Shown piece after piece: positions 1-12,413 of a stretch of 64,000 bases of DNA (within the stretch, counting starts at the first letter, position 1; each line of letters starts with the position of its first letter). Under the pieces are notes generated by a model that made no database searches, was not told the origin of the DNA, and was given only the letters and a program-made list of their open reading frames with translations. The position numbers were made by a program, and so were the translations under genes. Location of the stretch: the NCBI GenBank assembly GCA_020137815.1, contig CM035350.1, positions 8,370,001 through 8,434,000 of the forward strand, written 5' to 3'. Origin of the DNA: Hormiphora californensis (lineage: Eukaryota; Animalia; Ctenophora).

Positions 1-3000
1 CAGACTGAAATTCTCATAAACGGTCCCGTCAGACAGTTTGTCCTGGTAGCACGCAAAGTTTTCCTGGAGTCTCTTCAAGGATCGGTCGTTGTAGGTGATG
101 AGGGTGAGACAGTAGGACATGTCGTGCCATTGGCTATCACATCTTGTTGCACGTAGCCTGACAATGGAAGTGAGGAGTTAGGGATTCAGACAATAAATTA
201 TTTGAGAATTGACAAAGTGTGTGAGCATTACGATTAAAATATATTTTTGTCAATAAATTGTACAAGATATATTGAGTATGTTTCTCTGTTACCTGTGACA
301 CAGTTTTTCCACCAGAGATTCCTTCTGTTTTTCCTTATCAACAAACTCAAACAAGAACCGCATGATTCGTTCAAATTGCTCCTTATCCCGTCCACTGTCC
401 GGATCGGAGAGATGCGAGATGAGATCTGGCATGACATTATATATTGCATTGGGTTTGTGGCTTAGCTCCGAGAAGAACATCTTGGTGAGAGATCTAATCC
501 GAGGGTCGTCATCCTCTAGACACCGTGCAAGTTGGGAGATATTCCCCTTAACTTTTACCATATCATTTAGGATCAGGTTTGTCAGAGTTCGGACTGTCGT
601 ACACCGGACAGTTGTGCTGGGATCCTTGAGTCTCGCGTACACTTTGTCTGTCCAGGTGACCAGGAGATTTGGGAACCTGGGTGGGAGATATCAGAGGTTA
701 GCATTAGATTACACTACCCTCCGTGTTTATCTTCGTACTATCCCCAAATCATTCAGGGGGCCCTTCAGGGGTTAGCACCGCAATACTCAATAGAAACCTG
801 TAGGGTATTATATGGAAGGGGGCTAGCTACATGAAAGTGGGGAGGTGATGCAATTGGAAATATAGGGGAGGTACTGAGGTAGCTACAATGTAGCTACTAC
901 ATACAGTGTTCATACAGTGTTCCAGAACTTACCGTATAATCATATCATGTAACAGGACCATAATATTACACCTTGTCCCCTCCTGTGAACTCTTCTCCAG
1001 CAGAGTAAACACCAACTGAAGGTGCCTCTCACACTCCCTCCTGCTGGCTAACATCACTTTACACAGAGCTACAGAGGCTGCGTTCTGGATCCGGGGGCAG
1101 GGGAAGGAGTCAGGGGAGGATGCTATTTGGACCACCATGGGGATAAAGGGCGACACAGAACGGAGTGCTTCCTCTCCTTTCTCGTCCTCGTCCTCTTCTT
1201 CGTCTGTTGGGGGTAGTGATTCCAGGTAGACTAGGTTACACAGGGCTATCTGACCAATCACACTGAGCAATCTCTCAACCAGTTCACCGCCGTTATCCTG
1301 TCGAAGGGAGATTGGTGTTATTCAGATGGCCTGTGGATTTCAAAACGTCTAATTCTTAATAAACTAGGAGCAGGGGAGCTCTTATACAGATATGCAAATC
1401 AAAAGTTCACCATTTAGAGATATATCATACCTTTTCTTGGCTTGTTTTCTCCAGCATCTTGGCAAGTAGCCCAGTGACGACCTGTTGGGGCTCACTGCAC
1501 ATCACAAAGAGAGCCTTGATGGCCTCATCCGCAAAACTCATCCAGTCCACTTTTGGGAGGTGAAGGGTGTCAATCAGTTTGGATAGCACGCTACTAGGAA
1601 CACGATGATTCGATTCCAGCCGAACAAAGTCCTGAAAGAGAGAGGATTGGATTGGAGTAACGATAGTGACATAGTGTTGCCTCAAAGAAATAAGAATACT
1701 GTTACAGTGCTGCTTGTAGTCGTATTACCGTAATGGAAATACAGTAATGAGACGTGCACGTTGCATAACGCGCGGCAAAAAGTGTATGTGTTCAGCACGT
1801 ACTAGCGCCCTGATTGGCCACGGTTGCGCGTCGTCTTACTGTATCTCCGTTTTCCATTACCGTTTTCCCACTATAACAAGCGACCGTGTTAACCATGTTC
1901 CAAGTGTGTAGTATGAAGTGAAAACTGTACCTTCATTGTTGCAGCCTCCTGAAAGAGTTTGCATGTATCACGTGCCAGCTCAACTGTACCAGCCAGACCC
2001 GCACTGGCCAAGAGAGTCAGGTTTTGTTCAGCTACAGAGGGATCTACTGCTGCAACCATGGTCAGGATCACAGTGGCACTACATTGTCGGAGGGACTCGG
2101 TACTCTTGTCTAGTAACACATCCAATAGACACCTGTTGACAGATAGTATGTTAGAGAATAAGTAATAAATTCGTTAATTAAGAAGTCAAATGTTTAAATG
2201 AGATTAAATTTATACTTGAGTTATACCAGTGGTTTATAGAATCATTTGTGGGCGGGCTACAACAACACTCACTTGATAACACGAGGGTTGATGTGTTCCT
2301 TCTCCATCAACAACTTCACCAGCTCCTTCAGGGATGCTATCTCTGCTAAACTCGCCCCCACCACCATCCCCATCAGGTTACCCGCTACTACTTCTGCCTT
2401 AGCACTGTGGAACAAGTCATTAATTAGAGAAAATTAGGGAGGTAAAATTGAACTAGAATTAAATCGGGAATTGGGAAGGTAAAATTGAACCAGAACTAAA
2501 TGGTGGTATAATATTATAGTTAGCAGAGTTAGCTAGATACCTTTTGCCATTTTCAGGTCGAATATACAGTCTGAGGTATGCGTTAACAACAGCATCTCGA
2601 ATGCTTTGCTCGTTGTTGAACACCAGCACCAGCATCTTTCGTATACCCGCCTCCGCAGCTTTCATACCAAACTCGCGGGCTGATACTGCAAGATAATATT
2701 TAGCTTCTAATTACTGAATTCTCAAGTTTGGTAACTCACTAGGACCCCTACTGAAGTGATTGAATTGGGGCCCGACTGTTATACCTCCTTAGGGGTGCCC
2801 CCCAATCAGGAACCCCTCCTGACCTTATACACACTGATACATACCTAGGAGTTCAATGCTCTCCAGGACATCAGATGTAGTTTTGCTAGCCAGTAGCTGA
2901 GTTACAAGTTCTATAACCGCGTGGAGCTGCTCCGTAAAGTGGACACAATCTGATAAATAGCGGACAACAACCTGCTGTCGTCGTAGTGCCTCATTTTCCT

Positions 3001-5412
3001 GACCATTATCCTCCTCCTCCTCTCCTCCTTCTTCTTTCACTCCTTCCTTCTTTTCCTCACTTTCTTCTTTTATCTCTCCATTCTCTTCTGTGTCGGGTGT
3101 ACTTTCCAGTTCTGATCGAGGGATTGAACAGGTATCAAATAAAATAGCAGGCAATAAATAACACGCCTTTACGTTAGCACAAGTGTTGGCTCATTATTTC
3201 CTTACCTTTCTGCATGGTAACAAGTTTATCCTTCTCTCCCTGCAGCTTCTCTTTCAGCTCCTCCAAACTTGACAGTTGTTCAGCGAAGGGGTTACACTGC
3301 AGACATGCCCTCAGAAATGCCATCGCACTCTTCCTAACATTACTGCTCTTGTCCTGTGCAGCCCCCACAACCCGCTGAATCAGGGCTCCCTGTCGTGCTA
3401 CCGGTACAAACCTTCCCTCAACCAACCTAGTCAAGATCTGGACCGCCTTGCTCCGTACAAACGCGTTCTGATCGTGCACGTGCATCTCCAGCCGGTCCAA
3501 GAGTGTGTCCCGTGTATCAGTGTTCTCCAGGGTTGATGACAGGATATCTCCCATGATGGTGAGGACACAGTTCCTCATCGTATAGCTGTCCCCGTCTAGA
3601 TGATGCACCAGGGAGCTCAATGTAGGGAGCATCAACCCACTCCCACCACTACCCCCACTGACCTCAACCAGAAAGAGGGTATAGTTCTTAGTGGCTGTTG
3701 TGTCTCGGGCTAGCTCACACGGGTCTATTTGAGATATTTCACGGACTAAAAGGGCGAGGAGACCCCTTACATCGTAGTCACGGACACACAGTAGGACCAG
3801 TGCTGCGGCTGCTGTTGCGGCGTGCTCGTGCTGCTGGAGCAGTTGTTGGATCTTCAAACTGGCTCCTGGGACAATTATACGAGGGGTGAGTAGGATTAAT
3901 TTAACAAAATTAAAGGGAAACTGGAAGAGTTGAGTAAGATAATCCGTTTTATTTGTTCTCCTACCAATGCTATGGTTGTATCTCTTTATCAGAATAGCCA
4001 AAACGTGCAGAACACTCTCCAGAGTCTTTTTGCATTTCACCGTTTCCTGTCTCTCAAGCAGCTTGTAGCAACAGTCAGCGACCTATCGGAAATTGTTATC
4101 TGATAATTGGGCTGAATTGCAGCTGTGTGTGATACGATTGTGTGTGATACGATTGTGTGTTTGTGTGTGGCGGGGAAAGGATTCAAAGCGTTCGGTGCGC
4201 GCGATAAATCCAGTAAAATTTGAATCGCGCCCTCCAGAAAATAGCGTTGAGTTGTTCACAGATTTATCAACAGCCCAACCCACTTTTACATTTGCTGTCA
4301 CGTGACAATATGTAAAAAAGGTGCAAACCAGGATATGTAACATATGAAATTAAAGCAAAAGTACTCGCGTTTGGCAGGATTCGAACCTGCGAGGGCAGAG
4401 CCCATTAGATTTCGAGTCTAACGCCTTAACCACTCGGCCACAAACGCGATGAAGGCTCACGAATTCCGGCCTTTTTATAGAGCACACAGAACACTACAAA
4501 ATAAACACAAACCTGGTCCACAAAGCTACTTCCAACGACAGGTGGGCTCCAAAGCATTGCTATGTTTAGATCTAGAATCTGCCGAAGTGCGGCCATCCCT
4601 TCCTGTTTCTCTCCCTCACCCCAAATATCACTCTCCCTTTTCACCTTACTTTTCTGAAATGGTAACCAAGTTAAAAGATCCAGCAGTAGAAAATTTAATG
4701 GGAAGAGTTTTCTACGTGAGATATTTGGCTGAGAAATATATTACCTTGGCAGTAACAATGTGAACTCCCTTTGCTTGCTCCTCAAAGCACTTCATCAGTT
4801 CAACTACAATCCAGACACCCATCTTTAGAGCATTTAGATGGCTGTGTTTTTGGCTCGACTCCAACCTGTCCTGGTCAGTAAACAGTCTGGCAAGGGTCTC
4901 AGTATGTTGCTCTAATCCTGCCACAGCCAACCTCCATGCCTCACATTGAACTGAACTTTCCAGACTGGTAAACTTCCTGTCAGGGGAGGTTGTGTTAGAG
5001 GGGGGGGGGGGGGGGTGTTGTGATTTTAATTGTCTATCTCTATTATAAAGTGGGGAAGAGGCCTAGGTGTTCAAGTGGATCTGCTAAAGCCTGCAAAGTA
5101 ACAAAGTAAAGTTAGTGTATTACTATTTTCCTCTCCCTAGCAGTTTTGTTAACATTATGCCTCGAGAAAATCAAAAACTATTGAAACACACAGCAGTGTA
5201 ACTCACACTATGGCACTGAAGAAAGTATCAAAGTGATCCACTGACCACCAGGCCCACCGTTTCCTCACCAGACCCTTGACAAGACCTAACTTCTGTCCTA
5301 TATCCTGGGGGACGACCCTGCTTTTAACATGATATTTCCCCTTTTCAGCCACCACAAGGTCGTCTCTAGTGGCGGGTAGAACGAACTTCCAATCCATCTT
5401 TTTACCTTCCAT
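1..5412 (-). CDS. NCAPD2: Condensin I subunit CAP-D2 (Cnd1), multi-exon, 3' part beyond window edge
   Basis: Successive minus-strand exon ORFs give CAP-D2 HEAT-type sequence, e.g. 'LDGDSYTMRNCVL...HVHDQNAFVRSKAVQ...QDKSSNVRKSA', 'LLASKTTSDVLESIE', 'GIRKMLVLVF' and 'YARLKDPSTTVR...LTNLILNDMVKVKG...ELSHKPNAIYNVMPD'. ATG at 5412; GT-AG introns. Exon boundaries were not all resolved. Confidence 0.93.
4366..4447 (-). tRNA. tRNA-Ser(CGA), intronic in NCAPD2, same strand
   Basis: Reverse complement folds as an 82-nt cloverleaf: GCGTTTG/CAAACGC acceptor stem, TGGCCGAGTGG A box, TTAGA-CTCGAAA-TCTAA anticodon arm, long variable arm, GGTTCGAATCC B box, G73, followed by TTTT. Confidence 0.96.
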
Positions 5413-5882
5413 CCTAACTCTTAGTATGGGGTAAATTCAGTTGTTAGATGGTTTGAAGTCAAGATGGAAGGGGGTAACTGTGACAGAAAGGATTTAGGTT
5501 TAGGAAATTAATTTTCTCTCAAAAGAGTTGATAAGAATAGTACCGGGGATAAAAAGTCAGGTGTATACTGGAAAAACTGCAACAACTGTATATTTACAAT
5601 ATAAGCACACCCAAGCTAAGGTTGGAATAGGAAGTACTGCAGCGTACTAAAATATATTGGCGTGTATCAAATTCACTGATCTATGGCACACCCTTTTTAC
5701 TGAAAATGCATACAACATGTCTCATCTAGTCTATCTGTCTCGTACAACTATAACAGCTGCCCCATTAACCCAGCCTGTTTTCACTTCCACAATGGTCTCC
5801 CAATCCATGATCTTCTTCTTTACCATAACAGTTCCCATGATGTCAGTTTTTACAATCATTCTCTCATCACTCTCGATTGGTT

Positions 5883-6740
5883 TTAAGTAGGGCGAGCTCG
5901 TTTTGTGGATCTCTTCACCACATTTGGTGTAACTGCCTGTGTTGTCGGCTTGGTAGAGGTGACTCTGTTCGGCAGGGGCCTCTTTTCTTTAACGTGTCTT
6001 GGGACTGGTGCTGCCTTGAACTTAAACTTCTGCATTTGTTTAACCTCAATGTCCTCCTTCTCCTCTTTGGTTAGAATCTTGAGAGGGCGTTTAAATGTCG
6101 TCTTCATCCGCCTCATCATTTCCGGAGTTTTGGGAACTGTCAAGGCAAGTTTGGGTTTTGTAAAATGTGGTTTCACCATAGCAACATTGGAGGTTGCCGC
6201 GTTACCCCGACCAATTGGTCGCAGTGGCCGTCTAGCGGCTGCCCGGGGTCTGTGTAAGGGCTGTCGTTTGGGTCGCATCACATTATCCGCTTGACTGCTT
6301 TGTGTTTATTGGCTGGAGGTGGTCTGACAGGCGTTGATGCACTTGCTGGATCTGAAACAGACAAATAGTAACACGATAACGAAATACCGATGATTTGGGA
6401 CGAATTTAAATAGAATCGCAACTAAAGATATTACGTACCAATTTTGCGACGTTTTCCAGCAGGCAAGTCCTCTCCAGCCGGTCTTATCTCGCCAACAAGA
6501 CCTGAAAGATAGATATATTTGGTTACCTTGGGTAAAAGACAGGATGACAGGAACAGAGAAAAAGTTACATGACCAATAATGCTACATGATCCCTCGTTAA
6601 AACAAAGCAACAACACGTGTAATACCTGAATCAAAGTCAGCACTGAGTCGTCGGGGTGTATTCGAGATTCCAAACTCGTAAAGTTTCGGGCAACTAATGC
6701 CATACGTGTCATTTAATTGATCCTTACCCATTTTAGACAT
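5883..6740 (-). CDS. Compact TPX2-like spindle assembly factor (3 putative exons: 6740-6626, 6501-6439, ~6351-5883)
   Basis: N-terminal 'TYGISCPKLYEF' resembles the TPX2 Aurora-A-binding YxxxxPxxFxxF motif. The C-terminal part 'LTVPKTPEMM...LTKEEKEDIEVKQMQKFKFKAAPVP...KPTTQAVTP' resembles TPX2 FKA-repeat regions. The frame does not connect cleanly at ~6290-6350. Confidence 0.65.
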
Positions 6741-7045
6741 ATTAATCTCGTCTAAAAAGATAAAAATTATTACCGACCTCTGGAGGAACATGTATTATGT
6801 TTTATCACTGCGCTGGCGAGCGCAATGGTCAGGGGCGGCTCTTCTGACATGCGGACGATGCGGACGCATCCGCATTTTTACTTTGGATTATGAAGAGAAA
6901 AAGAGAAAAAAGAGAAAAAAGGTGACCATCCCGCGAGTATCGGTCGTAATCCGAAGTTTTAAACACAAGAGATTAACAAATTCCTGCTGTGCCTTGCTTC
7001 TAAAAAGCAGGGATGACCAGATTTACATTGTATGGACACTAAAAT

Positions 7046-7504
7046 GGGGGGGGGGGGTGACACGCAACACTTTGTAACACTTTGTAACATGTGCAGAAAA
7101 CTTTTTGTGCACATTACATGTTACAAAGGGTTACATAGTGTTGCATAGTGTTACAAAGTGATACAAAGTGATACAAAGTGTTACATAGTGTTACAAAGTG
7201 TTACATAGTTTTACAAAGTGTTACAAATTGTCACAAAGTGTTAGAAAAAAATTTTTCTAGCGCAAAATACTGAAATAAATTTTACGTATTTGTATTTGGC
7301 TGAACCTAAGACACTGTTTCATGGAGTTTTATACAACATATCAGCTCAAAATCGGGTGTACGGACCGGTTTTAAGCCATAAAAAATGTAACACTTTGTAA
7401 CATTTTGTAACACTTTGTAACATTTTGTAACACTTTGTAACATGTGCAGAAAACTTTTTGTGTGCGTTACATATTACAAAGTGTCACGTGCCCCCCCCCC
7501 CCCC
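7046..7504. mobile_element. Small non-autonomous inverted-repeat element with 10-bp (TGTAACACTT) internal repeats
   Basis: Begins polyG-GTGACAC and ends GTGTCACGTG-polyC; blocks of GTAACACTTT and AAAGTGTTAC occur in both orientations. Confidence 0.55.
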
Positions 7505-7529
7505 AATAAAACCAAACCAACAAAAACCC

Positions 7530-10500
7530 GGTAATATGGTAGTTCTGGGCTGAACATTTTCGACCGCTTTAAAGCGCTTTAAAGCGTTCGAGAAAGCGCT
7601 TTATAGCGCTTTAAAGCGCTTTAAAGCGATACCGCTTTAAAGCGCACCGCTTTAAAGCGCTTTTAAAGCGCTAAAAGCGCTTTATAGCGGTTTCTGAAGC
7701 AATATAAAGCGCTTTCGAAAGCGCTATAAAGCGCTTTTAAAAGCGCTTTAAAGCGCCACCGATTTAAAGCGCTTTATTTTCAAAATTTAGCGCTTTAAAG
7801 CGTTTTGCAAGCGCTTTAAAAAGCGCTATGAAGCGCTATAAAGCGCTTCGTCAAATCGCTTTAAAGCGCTATTTAGCGCTATTTAGCGCTTTATAGCGCT
7901 TTCGAAAGCGCTATAAAGCGCTAAATAGCGCTAGAAAGCGCTTTTAAAAGCGCTATAAAGCGCTTTATAGCGCTTTTAAAAGCGCTAGAAAGCGCTTTCA
8001 ATAGTGCTATAAAGCGCTTTATAGCGCTTTATAGCGCTTTTTAAAGCGCTTTATATAGCATATTTGAAAGCGCTTTATAGCGCTATACAGCGCTTTTAAA
8101 AGCGCTTTTTAGCGCTTTAAAAAGCGCTTTAGAAAGCGCTTTAAAGCGCTTTAAAGAGCGCTATGAAGCGCTTTTTATAGCGCTATAAAGCGCTAAAAAG
8201 CGCTTTTTAAAGCGCTTTAAAGCGATATAAAATGTGCTACTTCAACCGCTAAAAAGCGCTATAAAGCGCTAAAAAGCGCTTTCAAAAGCGCTTTAAAAAG
8301 CGCTAGGAAGCGCTTTGAAAAGCGCTTTCTAGCGCTTTATAAAGCGCTTTTCAAAGCGCTTTTTAGCGCTTTTTAAAGCGCTTTGAAGCGCCATAAAAAG
8401 CGCTATAAAGCGCTTTAAATAGCGCTATGAAGCGCTTTTTATAGCGCTATAAAGCGCTCTTAAGCGCTTTTTGTGGCGCTTTAAAAAGCGCTTTATAGCG
8501 CTTTATAAAGCGCTATAAAGCGCTTCTTAAAGAGCTTTTCGAGGCGCTATAAAGCGCTATTTAGAGCGCTTTATAGCGCTTTTTAAAGCGCTTTTTAGCG
8601 CTTTAAATAGCGCTGAAAAGCGCTTTAAATAGCGCTAAAAAGCGCTATATAAAGCGCTTTCTAGCGCTTTTTAAAGCGCTTTTAAAAGCGCTATTTAAGG
8701 CGCTTGAAAGCGCTTTTTATAGTAAAACGAGCTCATCACATGAAGCTTTCATAGTTTCCCACGGCCGTGGGAAAATTTGCACTAATAAAACTCGGCATAT
8801 GTCCAAATAAGCTGTGCTCCGTGTTGTACCCTCTCTTTCACTCCCTCTCTCCTACCCCCTTCCCAAAAAGAGAGGGTGCACCGTACCCAATTAAGGAACA
8901 TGCCCGTTCAGACTCAAATATAAGTTGGCAGTGAATTCATTTCTTTGTTTTCACTTACTTCTGCCGAGTGCCTTCTGCGGTCTGCCGTTGAGTCTTGAGA
9001 GTTGAGATTCTCGACTTGCTCTCATGACTCAGCACTTGTCACTTGTATTCGTATTTCTCAATCAATTGACTTGATACCAGCTACACACACGTCTGACGTC
9101 ACCATTGACCATTCAAGTCTCATAACTAACATCTTTACACTGTTTTAGCTGTAGACTGTATCTCAACCAGCCGGAGCCACCAGCCAGATTACGGCGTAAA
9201 AAATTACACCCCCTAGAGATTCCAAAAACATCATTATATGGCTGTGAACCTCACATGGTGCCCGCCACTCCCGAAAACGCCGCACCTATTAAAATCCTCC
9301 GTGGTAATGGTATACCCTCTTTCTCTATCCCTCACTCGCCCCCATCCCGAACTAAACGTAGCGCACGCGATAACATGAGACTGAGAGAGACAGCGCGGGA
9401 GGATAGAAGAAAGAGGGGATATCATACCCAACTGTGCTCCGTGGTGTACCCTCTCTTTCACTCCCTCTCTCCCAAAAAGAGACTTTAGTTAACTCAAATT
9501 GGCCTTGTGGTTGCATGACTATAGACATTTGAAAAACTCGGTCTAAGTGTACTCTTTTGGTAGCGCACACCTGTACACAGGCTGCAAGGCACCCAAATTA
9601 TAATCGCCCACAACGGAAACGCAGTTTAATCTGAAAAGGAGTGGAAGTGATCACGAAAAAGTGGGATTTACAATAATAAATAATAATATTCAAAAACCGA
9701 ATAGAATGCTTTAAAAAGCGATTTAAAGCGCTTTATGAAGCGCTATAAAGCGCTTTAAGAAGCGCTTTATAGCGCTTGTTAAAGCGCTCGAAAGCGCTTT
9801 ATAAAGCGCTTTTTATAGCGCTTTATAAAGCGCTAGAAAGCGCTATAAAAAGTGCTTTAAAGCGCTTTATGAAGCGCTATAAATCGCTTTTTAAAGCGCT
9901 TTCTAGCGCTTTAAGAGGCGCTTTATAGCGCTATAAAAAGCGCTTTATAAAGCGCTTTCGAGCGCTTTAACAAGCGCTATAAAGCGCTTCTTAAAGCGCT
10001 TTATAGCGCTTTTTAAAGCGCTTGAAAGCGCTTTATAAAGCGCTTTACAGCGCTTCATAAAGCGCTATAAAAAGCGCTTTAAAGCGCTTTAAGAAGCGCT
10101 TTAAAGCGCTTTTTAAAAGACTTTATAAAGCGCTTTATAGCGCTATAAAAAGCGCTACAAAGCGCTTTATATAGCGCTTTATAGCGCTTTATAAAGCGCT
10201 TTATAGCGCTTTTTATAGCGCTATAAAGCGCTTTATAGCGCTTGATAAAGCGCTTTTTAAAGCGCTTTTAAGCGCTATATAAAGCGCTATAAAGCGCTTT
10301 ATAAAGCGCTATGAAGCGCTATTTAAAGCGCTATAAGAAGCGCTTTAAAGCGCTTTATAGTGCATTAAAAAGCGCTTTAAAGCGTTTTTATAAACGCTTT
10401 CTGAAGCGATATAAAGCGCTTTTTAAAGCGCTGAACAGCGCTTTTAAAAGCGCTATAAAGCGCTTTTTAAAGCGCTTTAAAAAGCGCTTTTTAAAGCGCT

Positions 10501-10975
10501 TTATAGCGCTTTTAAAAGCGCTTTAAAAAGCGCTTTTTCAACACCGCTTTTAAAAGCGCTTTTTATAGCGCTTTAAAGCGATATTCACCGCTTTAAAGCG
10601 CTTAAAAGCGCTTGAAAGCGCTAAAAGCGCTTTAAAGCGCTATAAAGCGTTTTGAAAAGCGCTTTATAGCGCTTTTAAAAGCGCTTTTAAAGCGCTTTAA
10701 AGCGCTTTATTTTTTCTCGCCATCAAAAAAAAGCGCTTTAAATCGGTGGCGCTTTAAAGCGCTTTTGAAAGCGCTTTAAAGCGCTTTCGGAAGCGCTTTA
10801 TATCGCTACAAAAACCGCTATAAAGCGCTTTTAGCGCTTTAAAAGCGCTTTAAAGCGGTGCGCTTTAAAGCGGTATCGCTTTAAAGCGCTTTAAAGCGCT
10901 TTATAGCGCTTTCTCAAACGCTTTAAAGCGCTTTAAAGCGGTCGAAAGTGTTCAGCCCAGAACTACCATATTACC
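7530..10975. mobile_element. Foldback-type non-autonomous DNA transposon (Merlin-like termini) with ~1.2-kb repeat arms
   Basis: Termini GGTAATATGGTAGTTCTGGGCTGAACA and TGTTCAGCCCAGAACTACCATATTACC; 8-bp TSD AAAAACCC at 7522-7529 and 10976-10983. Arms (~7560-8720, ~9705-10945) are arrays of AAAGCGCTTT-like units around a ~1-kb core. Confidence 0.88.
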
Positions 10976-11605
10976 AAAAACCCTGGTGCGTGGTACAGCT
11001 AGTGTGCCTTATCTCTGGATTCTGGTTGTGATTTGCATTGGAAAAATCTTATTGATTTCTAACCAGGGCCGGCGTCAGTAGAGGGTGCGGCAATTTTCCA
11101 TAAAAATGATATCATTTTCCCACTTTTTGGCTTGTTTTCCTTTTTTCGTGGGCACCTTTCACCCTTCACCGAGAGAAGTTAATTGGACTTAAGGAAGCTG
11201 AGCAAAAGCCGTTTAAAGATGGGTTGTTTTCAAAAAGTGACATCACAGGTTCTTGCAGGGACACATTTTTTCAAATTTTAATTCAAATTTTTTCGATTTT
11301 ACCGCACTCGATTTTGCGGAGTTTGGTTAATATCTCCTGCTCCTGATAAGACAGAGACTTGAAACTGGTTGCATTTGAAAGCTCTTATAGTTCTCTTTCT
11401 AACGCTACCAAAACGATTTATGTACCTTATCAGGAACTGGAGATATGATTGATTACCCCCCCCCCCCTAGCGTGGTCTAAGGTCTTCCCTCCAGGCCAGC
11501 GTATGCCAACTGAATGATTAGCACCAATATAAATAAATAACACAACCAACTAGGCACATCAGGGGTGAAAGTTGTCAGTTGAAACGGTGCAGAACAGAGA
11601 TCTTT

Positions 11606-12156
11606 TTTGAAAAACCGGGTTGACCGGGCCCATTAATACGGAATATAACAATAAGTGTAATCAGTACATAAAGGTTAAAATAAATTAATTCGTTGCATTG
11701 TTTTTAATCAAGTATAAAATATTAAAATCATTCCTGTCTGTAAACCGTTTAGGACTGGAACCTCGGTGACCACGGAGGCTGACAACAAGGGTTTTCAAGA
11801 GACAAAATGATAAACGTTGCCGGATATACCTTATTGAGTCTGGGTATGATTGACCGGTTTTCTCAGAAAGACGATAAGCTATCTGTTTGTATAGTTTGTC
11901 AGCTTCATTACCAACGATACCGGATGTAGAGAAGACGACGGGAGTAAAATAGCTTTTTTCCACCTGGAGGATGCGCTCTCCGTAGGCCCGTTTCTTCTCA
12001 ACCTCGTGTTTCTTCAAGACCTTATCAACTGATAGAGATTTGTTTGTTGGCGCCCTAGAGTTGAAAATGCGAACATCGAGGAACAGTTTTGACATGTCAG
12101 TTTTTGACCAAACGCCACGAGCTGAAACGTCGAGACGAGCTTCATCTGTTTTGATG
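11606..12156 (-). mobile_element. 5'-truncated CRE-like (RLE-endonuclease) non-LTR retrotransposon
   Basis: ORF 'EARLDVSARGVW...FLDVRIFNS...HEVEKKRAY...FTPVVFSTSG' is a restriction-like endonuclease C-terminus. A 17-bp TSD GCAGAACAGAGATCTTT lies at 11589-11605 and 12157-12173, with a short A tail. Confidence 0.85.
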
Positions 12157-12211
12157 GCAGAACAGAGATCTTTAAAAACTTTGGCGCGGGCGCGGAAAAT
12201 AAATTGCAATA

Positions 12212-12409
12212 GGGATCCCTAAAAAAGTTCAGTATTTACACAGCGTTTACACCAGAGCGCTGTGATTGGCTGAAATTTCTGACGATGGAAAATTTAAGCC
12301 AATCACAGCGCAGATTTCAAAATTTTTCTTCCCACGCTACCGTGGGAAAAACTGAAATGGCTTAACTGGTGTAAACGCTGTGTAAATACTGAACTTTTTT
12401 AGGGATCCC
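12212..12409. mobile_element. MITE, ~45-bp perfect TIRs, TA flanks
   Basis: GGGATCCCTAAAAAAGTTCAGTATTTACACAGCGTTTACACCAG at the left end and its exact reverse complement at the right end. Confidence 0.8.
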
Positions 12410-12413
12410 TATA

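Noticed and set aside
7560-10945. CRISPR-like or coding interpretation of the AAAGCGCTTT arrays (e.g. ORF 10311-10526)
   Set aside because: There are no unique spacers and no cas genes; the arrays are arms of a TIR element with a TSD, and the ORF is repeat read-through.
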